Made by a program: the position numbers and the translations under genes. From positions 416,001-480,000 of the forward strand of contig CBDCTH010000004.1 in the NCBI GenBank assembly GCA_965222155.1: a stretch of 64,000 nucleotides of DNA, read 5' to 3'. Every line of letters begins with the position of its first letter. Within the stretch, counting starts at the first letter, position 1. The stretch comes from Gammaproteobacteria bacterium (GTDB lineage: Bacteria > Pseudomonadota > Gammaproteobacteria > Eutrophobiales > Eutrophobiaceae). Of this stretch, positions 58,282 to 64,000 are shown in pieces. The notes below the pieces were generated by a model. That model had not been told where the DNA came from. It saw nothing but the letters and a program-made list of their open reading frames with translations, and did no database searches.

Positions 58282-60123
58282 ATGGGTTTTATCGGATCGA
58301 TCAAATACATATTGAATAAAGCTGTTGCGGACTGTTTCATGGGTTCAGATACGGCTTTCGAGTGCCAGGTGACGCCGTGCCAGGATAAACAATTCGGTGA
58401 TTACCAGTCCAACCTGGCGTTCCTGCTGGCAAAGCGGGAGAGAACCAGTCCGCGCAGGATTGCCAATGCCGTTGCCGGGGCGGTGCATGCGGAATTGGCG
58501 TTGCCTGTGGAACAGGACGCCGTTGGAGATAGCGCCTCCGGCCCGCTAAGCGCAGGCGCCTTGATAGAGACCATCGAGGTTGCCGGGCCGGGGTTCATCA
58601 ATATCCGTATCAGGAATTCGGCGCTGGTTGCGGAGCTTGAACGTACTCTTACTGACCCGCGCTGCGGCGTCGAGCGGACCGAGCGTCCGCAACGGATTGT
58701 GGTGGACTACTCCAGTCCCAACCTGGCCAAGGACCTGCACGTGGGTACCATGCGCTCGACGGTGATCGGCGACTCGATTGCCAGGGTGCTGGAATTCCTG
58801 GGCCATGAGGTGTTGCGTCAGAACCATTTTGGCGATTGGGGGGGCAATTTCGGTGTGCTGGTTGCGATGATCAAACAGGAATACGGCGCCGCCGGCCTGG
58901 ATGAGTTGCGAGCAGCCCCCCTGGAGGCGGTGGAAGAGTTGTACGCACGAGGCAGCAAATTGAAGACGGACAGTGATGATTTTGCGGCCCGGGCCGCCAC
59001 GGAAGTGAATAACCTGCAATCCGGCAATGCGGAGTCCCTGGCAATCTGGGAGGTCCTGATGGAGAAGACCTTGCGTCTGTGCCACGGGTTGTACAAAACG
59101 TTTAACGTCAGTCTGGACGAGTCCCATGATTGTCCGGAGAGTTTCTACCGGGATGATTTGTCCCGGGTCGTCAGGGAGTTGTCTGAAAAAAACCTGCTGG
59201 TTGATGACAATAATGCCAGGTGCGCCTACCTGGACGGGTTCTATAATGTTGACGGCGATCCGCTCCCCATGATCGTGCAGAAAAGTGATGGGGGGTATAA
59301 CTATTCGACTACTGACCTGGCCGGGATCCGGCACCGGGTCAACAAGCTGAAGGCGCAGCAGATCATCGTTGTCACCGACCGCGGCCAGGAGCTGCATTTC
59401 CGCATGCTCCGGGCATTGGCGCAGAAGGCCGGCTGGTTGCCTGACGGGGTGCAGTTAAGACATCTCGGTTATGGTGTGATACTGCAGGAGATTACGGCGG
59501 GCGGGCAAAGCAAAAAAGTCAGGTTCAAGACCCGGCGCGGCGACACCGTCAAGATGAAGGACCTGCTGGCCGAGGGACGCCGGCGTAGCGAGCGGCTGAC
59601 CCTGGAAAGAAACCCGGATATAGGCGCAGATGAATTGAATGAGATTGCCGGGAAGCTGACGGTCGCGGCGCTCAAGTACGCAGACCTGAAACAGCGCCCG
59701 GAATCGGACTACACCTTCAACTGGGAGCAGATGCTCGCCAGCCAGGGCAACACGGGCATCTACCTGTTGTATTGTTACGTCCGCATCGCCAGTCTGTTCA
59801 ATAAATCCGGCCTGGATAGCGGCGCGCTGGCGCAAAACCCCGGTCCGATTGCCCTTTCCCATGAGCTGGAGAGGGAACTCCTGGTGCAGGTTATTTCCTT
59901 CCCCGAGCTTTTTTCCGGCTATGAGGAGGAACTGACTTCCCATGGCATCGGTCATTACCTGTATGAATTAGCGGGTTGTTACAGCCGCTTCTGGAAAGAC
60001 TGCCCCATCCTGACGGCCACCGGGGATGTCAAACGTACCCGCTTGATTTTAAGCCTGGCCGTGGCTGAACGCCTGAAACTGGGTCTGTCGCTGCTGGGAA
60101 TAGAAGTGGTGGAGAGGATGTGA
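58282..60123 (+). CDS. argS: Arginine--tRNA ligase
   Basis: FGDYQSN, AGPGFIN, DYSSPNLAKDLHVG, NHFGDWG, KSDGG..Y..TD, FKTRRG, GNT..YLLY. Confidence 0.95.
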   Translation: MGFIGSIKYILNKAVADCFMGSDTAFECQVTPCQDKQFGDYQSNLAFLLAKRERTSPRRIANAVAGAVHAELALPVEQDAVGDSASGPLSAGALIETIEVAGPGFINIRIRNSALVAELERTLTDPRCGVERTERPQRIVVDYSSPNLAKDLHVGTMRSTVIGDSIARVLEFLGHEVLRQNHFGDWGGNFGVLVAMIKQEYGAAGLDELRAAPLEAVEELYARGSKLKTDSDDFAARAATEVNNLQSGNAESLAIWEVLMEKTLRLCHGLYKTFNVSLDESHDCPESFYRDDLSRVVRELSEKNLLVDDNNARCAYLDGFYNVDGDPLPMIVQKSDGGYNYSTTDLAGIRHRVNKLKAQQIIVVTDRGQELHFRMLRALAQKAGWLPDGVQLRHLGYGVILQEITAGGQSKKVRFKTRRGDTVKMKDLLAEGRRRSERLTLERNPDIGADELNEIAGKLTVAALKYADLKQRPESDYTFNWEQMLASQGNTGIYLLYCYVRIASLFNKSGLDSGALAQNPGPIALSHELERELLVQVISFPELFSGYEEELTSHGIGHYLYELAGCYSRFWKDCPILTATGDVKRTRLILSLAVAERLKLGLSLLGIEVVERM

Positions 60124-60126
60124 GGC

Positions 60127-60332
60127 CAGGGCAAACGCATACTTTTGAATTCAGATGTTTTTGCCCGATTCCGTCATTCTGGCGCAGGCCGGAATCCAGT
60201 GAATAACCCTTCATTACCCTGAGCATGCGCTGTTGTTTGACTGGATGCTGGCATTCGCCAGCATGACGGGCGGTGTTTTCCGGTTGGTTTCCTGTCTTCT
60301 GCAACAGAATCCAAAAGTATGCGGTTGCCCTG
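60127..60332. mobile_element. 206-bp MITE (ISAs1-like ends), copy 2
   Basis: Reverse complement of 5102..5307. The 10-bp TSD GATGTGAGGC (60117-26 and 60333-42) includes the argS stop codon. Confidence 0.88.
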
Positions 60333-60481
60333 GATGTGAGGCAAAGGACGGATATAAAATCTGTCCCCCGGTTGTTTGTTATTGTATATTTATATATGGT
60401 TGTCGTATAATTTTCACCGGATACCTTCGCGCAAAGGAGGTACAGGATAAATATAGCGTTGGAAAAAAGGAGAGTGGAACT

Positions 60482-60865
60482 ATGAATATACCTGCATTCG
60501 ATACTCAAAAAGCTGTCAAGGAATTTAAGGAAGGCGGCTTTAACGACAAACAGGCTGAAGCGGTGGTCACTACGATGAACGATGTCATGAGCCAGAATTT
60601 TGCAACCAAGGCAGATATGCTTGTGTTAAAGGGTGATCTGGATAAAACAAGGGCTGATTTGGAACAAACTATCGAAAAAGTAAGGAGCGGCCTGGAACAA
60701 ACTATCGAAAAAGTAAGGAGCGACCTGGAAAAATCTATCAGTAGTCTGGAAAAAAGCATAGCTAATAAATTTGAGGTGTTGTACCGGCATCTCTGGGTGA
60801 TGGGCACAGGTATTGTTGTAGCCAACGTGACACTGGTAGCGGCTGTGGTGACGCTGTTAAGTTAG
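60482..60865 (+). CDS. DUF1640/CCDC90-like head-neck-coiled-coil membrane protein
   Basis: FDTQKAVKEFKEGGFNDKQAEA head, ATKAD neck, duplicated 11-aa LEQTIEKVRS(G/D) module, C-terminal TM segment; RBS AGGAGAG. Confidence 0.82.
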   Translation: MNIPAFDTQKAVKEFKEGGFNDKQAEAVVTTMNDVMSQNFATKADMLVLKGDLDKTRADLEQTIEKVRSGLEQTIEKVRSDLEKSISSLEKSIANKFEVLYRHLWVMGTGIVVANVTLVAAVVTLLS

Positions 60866-60954
60866 GAAGTCAGACTGGATACCGGCTTTTGCCGGTATGG
60901 TCTGGTTCCGGTATGGTCTGGTTCCGGTATGGTCTGTCCGGTATGGGGGAAATG

Positions 60955-61812
60955 TTATTCGTCGCTTGACAGGCTCTTGGCCTCCTCGCTATAGGTAATC
61001 TCATACCTGCTTTTAAGTTCCTCCAGCAGGCCTTTTATTGCCTGTTCGTTTTTGTCCCTTTGCCGGTCCTGCAATACCCGGGTTTTGCTTTCGATAAACG
61101 GGATCGGTCTGGCGTCTCGCACGTCAAACAGGTAGACCAGGTGGTAACCGTAACCGGACGGGACCGGTCCTTGCCAGCTTCCTTCCTCAAGGGTGAACAG
61201 CGCTGTTGCAAAGTCCTCGCCGAACAACCTGCCCAGTTGGGAGCGGCTGACGTCGGTGAATTCGTGCGGCAACATGAATGCATCGCCAAGCCCCGGTTGA
61301 CCGGCGGTTTCATCGAATCCCGCCAGGCGGGACAAAAGCGCTGACGCGTCCTCCCCTGCGTTGTCGTTGCGCCGATCATGGCTGAAATAGATATGCTTGA
61401 ATCCCAGCCTGGGTTCCGTGCGGTACAGGTCAGGATACGCCTCGTACCATTCCATGAGTTCCGCCTCGGTGGGCTGGGCCTGTTGCGCCGCGGTTTCGGT
61501 CAGCAAGGTCATTTTCTGCACCAGGCGGCGGCGGATAATCGGATCGTCCTGCTCCAGTCCCAGTGACCTGGCTTCACGATAGAACAACTCTTCAAACAGG
61601 TAGTCTGCGAGCAACCCGTCCAGTTCGTCCGGGCTCGGCTCACGGTTTGTCCGGCCTTGCCAGGTCGCCTTGAGGCGTTCTATCACGGCATTGTCCACTA
61701 CGATTTCATTGTCGGGCGCGTTATCCGGTGCGATCAGGGAATACAGGAAGAAAATAAGGCCGCCTGCCAGGAAAAAATGCACCAGAGGTTCATGCAGGAA
61801 TGTTTTGCTCAT
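60955..61812 (-). CDS. PpiC/rotamase-like peptidyl-prolyl isomerase domain protein
   Basis: EPLVHFF TM segment, REARSLGLEQDDPIIRRRLVQKM, WQGPVPSGYGYHLV. Confidence 0.85.
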   Translation of the reverse strand: MSKTFLHEPLVHFFLAGGLIFFLYSLIAPDNAPDNEIVVDNAVIERLKATWQGRTNREPSPDELDGLLADYLFEELFYREARSLGLEQDDPIIRRRLVQKMTLLTETAAQQAQPTEAELMEWYEAYPDLYRTEPRLGFKHIYFSHDRRNDNAGEDASALLSRLAGFDETAGQPGLGDAFMLPHEFTDVSRSQLGRLFGEDFATALFTLEEGSWQGPVPSGYGYHLVYLFDVRDARPIPFIESKTRVLQDRQRDKNEQAIKGLLEELKSRYEITYSEEAKSLSSDE

Positions 61813-62129
61813 GAATGTTGTATAAACGCACAGTCAAACGGAATAATTGATATATTATCCGTTATCTGCCACGGAGAACACAGAGATCACAGAGATAAGG
61901 GTTTAATGCTTTCGTGCAGTCTGGTTACATCAGGTGATTAACAGGCTCCGTTTTAGTCCAGTCGTTTTAAATAACCGGGGACAGATTTAAATCTGTCCCT
62001 GATTACTGTTGAATAGCGGGTAAGAAGACGATAAACGTGCAGGTTACCCAAGCATTAAATGGATCCTCGATCCACTCTGTGATCTCTGTGGCTGAACAAT
62101 ATATAACCTTGTAGATAGGAAATACCCTG

Positions 62130-64000
62130 ATGAATGAACGAATTGAATTACACGGATTGTCAGTTGCAAAAGAACTGTATGACCTGGTCTGTGATGAGAT
62201 CATACCGGGGACCGGTGTCGACCCGGACCGGTTCTGGATGGAGTTATCCCGTATCGTGGCCGATCTTGGACCGAAAAACCGCGCATTATTGAATAAGCGT
62301 GACGAACTCCAGGCGAAAATCGATGAATGGCATCAGGCCAACCTGGATTATCAGCTGAAGGACTATAAAGGTTTCCTGAAAAAGATTGGTTATCTTGCGC
62401 CGGAAGGCGAGCCCTTCAAGGTCAGCGTCGCCAACGCCGACGCCGAGATCACCCGGATCGCGGGGCCGCAACTGGTGGTGCCGGTGGATAATTCCCGCTA
62501 CGCCCTGAACGCCGCAAACGCCCGCTGGGGCAGCCTGTATGATGCCCTGTACAGCACTGACGTGATCCCCGAGATCGAAGGTTGCAAACGCGCCGGACGA
62601 TACAATCCCGTGCGTGGTCGCAAGGTCATAGACTATGCGCGCCGGTTCCTGGACCGGGCCACGCCCATGGCCGTGGGCAGCCACGACTACGTGGTGAAGT
62701 ACAAGGTGAAATCTGGCCAGTTGGTTGGCGTCATGGGCGACGGCAGCGAGCATGGCCTGGGCAAGCGTGAGCGTTTCGCCGGTTATACCGGTAACCCGGA
62801 CGCTCCGGACAGTATCCTGCTGCGCCATAACGCCCTGCATATCGAACTCCGGCTCGGGGAAGGCTATTACATCGGCCGTAATGACCTGGCCGGTGTCTAT
62901 GACATTCAGTTGGAAGCGGCCGTCAGCGCAATCATGGACTGCGAGGATTCGGTATCCGCGGTGGATGCGCAGGACAAAGTGTCGGTTTACCGGAACTGGC
63001 TGGGTCTAATGAAGGGCGATCTGACCCGCAAGGTGGTGAAAGGCGACGAGGTTATCGAGCGCAGCCTGAACGCTGACCGAAAGTACAAGGCGCCGAACGG
63101 TAGAAGCATGACGCTGCCGGGGCGGGCCTTGATGCTGCTGCGCAACGTCGGCCTGCACATGTATACTGATGCCGTCACGACAGCCGCCGGCCAACAGGTG
63201 CCGGAGGGTTTTCTCGATGCCATGGTGACGACACTGGCCGCCAAGCATGATTTACTGGGCAATGGCAGGTTCAGGAACAGCCGTACCGGCTCCATTTACA
63301 TCGTCAAACCGAAACTGCACGGCCCGGAAGAGGTGGCCGCCACCGTCGAACTGTTTGAACGGGTGGAAGATGCCCTGAGCCTGGAGCGGTTGACCATCAA
63401 GATCGGGATTATGGATGAGGAACGCAGGACCACGGTCAACCTGAAAGAGTGTATCCGCGCCGCGCAGGACCGGGTGATCTTCATCAATACGGGTTTTCTC
63501 GATCGCACCGCAGATGAAATTCATACCAGCATGGAAGCCGGCCCGATGCTGCCCAAAAGCAGGTTGAAAACGGCGTCGTGGTTGCTGGCCTATGAAGACT
63601 GGAACGTGGATACCGGCATGGTCACCGGTCTGCCCAGGCACGCGCAGATCGGCAAGGGAATGTGGCCCGAACCGGACAATATGGCGGCCATGATGGACGT
63701 CAAGGTCAACCATCCCCGCGCCGGGGCCACCAGCGCCTGGGTCCCGTCGCCCAGCGCGGCCACATTGCACGCCATGCATTACCACCAGATCAACGTCGGC
63801 ACGCGCCAGCGCGAGCTGATCCGGCTGAGCCGGGTCAATCCGGATGACCTGCTTGCTATCCCTGTTCTTGACAGGCATACGCTCAATGATTTTGAGATAA
63901 GAAAGGAGCTGGAAAATAACGCCCAGGGCATACTGGGCTACGTGGTGCGCTGGATTGAGCAGGGAATAGGGTGCTCCAAGGTGCCTGACGTCAATGACGT
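62130..64000 (+). CDS. glcB: Malate synthase G, 3'-truncated by the window edge
   Basis: Hand translation: [16 protein letters not shown]...[31 protein letters not shown]...IMDCEDS...KPKLHGPEE...[13 protein letters not shown]...[10 protein letters not shown]. Confidence 0.95.
   Translation, partial: MNERIELHGLSVAKELYDLVCDEIIPGTGVDPDRFWMELSRIVADLGPKNRALLNKRDELQAKIDEWHQANLDYQLKDYKGFLKKIGYLAPEGEPFKVSVANADAEITRIAGPQLVVPVDNSRYALNAANARWGSLYDALYSTDVIPEIEGCKRAGRYNPVRGRKVIDYARRFLDRATPMAVGSHDYVVKYKVKSGQLVGVMGDGSEHGLGKRERFAGYTGNPDAPDSILLRHNALHIELRLGEGYYIGRNDLAGVYDIQLEAAVSAIMDCEDSVSAVDAQDKVSVYRNWLGLMKGDLTRKVVKGDEVIERSLNADRKYKAPNGRSMTLPGRALMLLRNVGLHMYTDAVTTAAGQQVPEGFLDAMVTTLAAKHDLLGNGRFRNSRTGSIYIVKPKLHGPEEVAATVELFERVEDALSLERLTIKIGIMDEERRTTVNLKECIRAAQDRVIFINTGFLDRTADEIHTSMEAGPMLPKSRLKTASWLLAYEDWNVDTGMVTGLPRHAQIGKGMWPEPDNMAAMMDVKVNHPRAGATSAWVPSPSAATLHAMHYHQINVGTRQRELIRLSRVNPDDLLAIPVLDRHTLNDFEIRKELENNAQGILGYVVRWIEQGIGCSKVPDVND

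Noticed and set aside
60029-60481. ORFs 4911..5342, 60029..60508 and the 5' part of 60233..60865
   Set aside because: These are translations of the 206-bp MITE.
61868-62095. GCCACGGAGAACACAGAGATCACAGAG...CTCTGTGATCTCTGTGGC as a structured ncRNA
   Set aside because: It looks like another dispersed inverted-repeat family around a GGGGACAGATTTAAATCTGTCCC palindrome; there is no evidence for an RNA gene.
18853-63878. Many long antisense or alternate-frame ORFs (e.g. 18853..20106, 29239..30480, 40321..41154, 58546..59397, 63252..63878)
   Set aside because: Shadow ORFs of GC-rich genuine genes, with no recognisable motifs.

Overview
Bacterial chromosomal window. The core genes look gammaproteobacterial: fabAB, ispG, acs, class III phaC, hopanoid-associated genes, argS and glcB. 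The window carries a heavy load of short REP-like repeats and MITEs. The first ~24 kb is an accessory surface-protein island. Two convergent paralogous RTX Ca-binding protein genes form a >=2.3 kb inverted duplication, and each arm carries a small MATKDD coiled-coil gene. Between the arms lies a ~10.5 kb array of self-promoted cassettes encoding six variable-length membrane-anchored coiled-coil paralogs. About two dozen copies of a GTAATCCAGGACACCCATAAAT repeat punctuate this array, together with a parDE toxin-antitoxin pair and several IS. An orphan tyrosine recombinase and a complete type I secretion operon follow. This island is the best candidate for an undescribed diversification system. 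Other notable items are an 8-unit ~218 bp amplification of a whole intergenic region inside a catabolic operon (CoA ligase, PQ-loop protein, IacB-like protein, SDR, hydantoinase A/B), a MITE-split reductive-dehalogenase/QueG-like gene, a PhaE-fragment/PhaC fusion and REP sequences translated inside proteins. No tRNA, rRNA, cas or reverse-transcriptase genes were seen. All calls come from reading the sequence by eye; no database searches were run.
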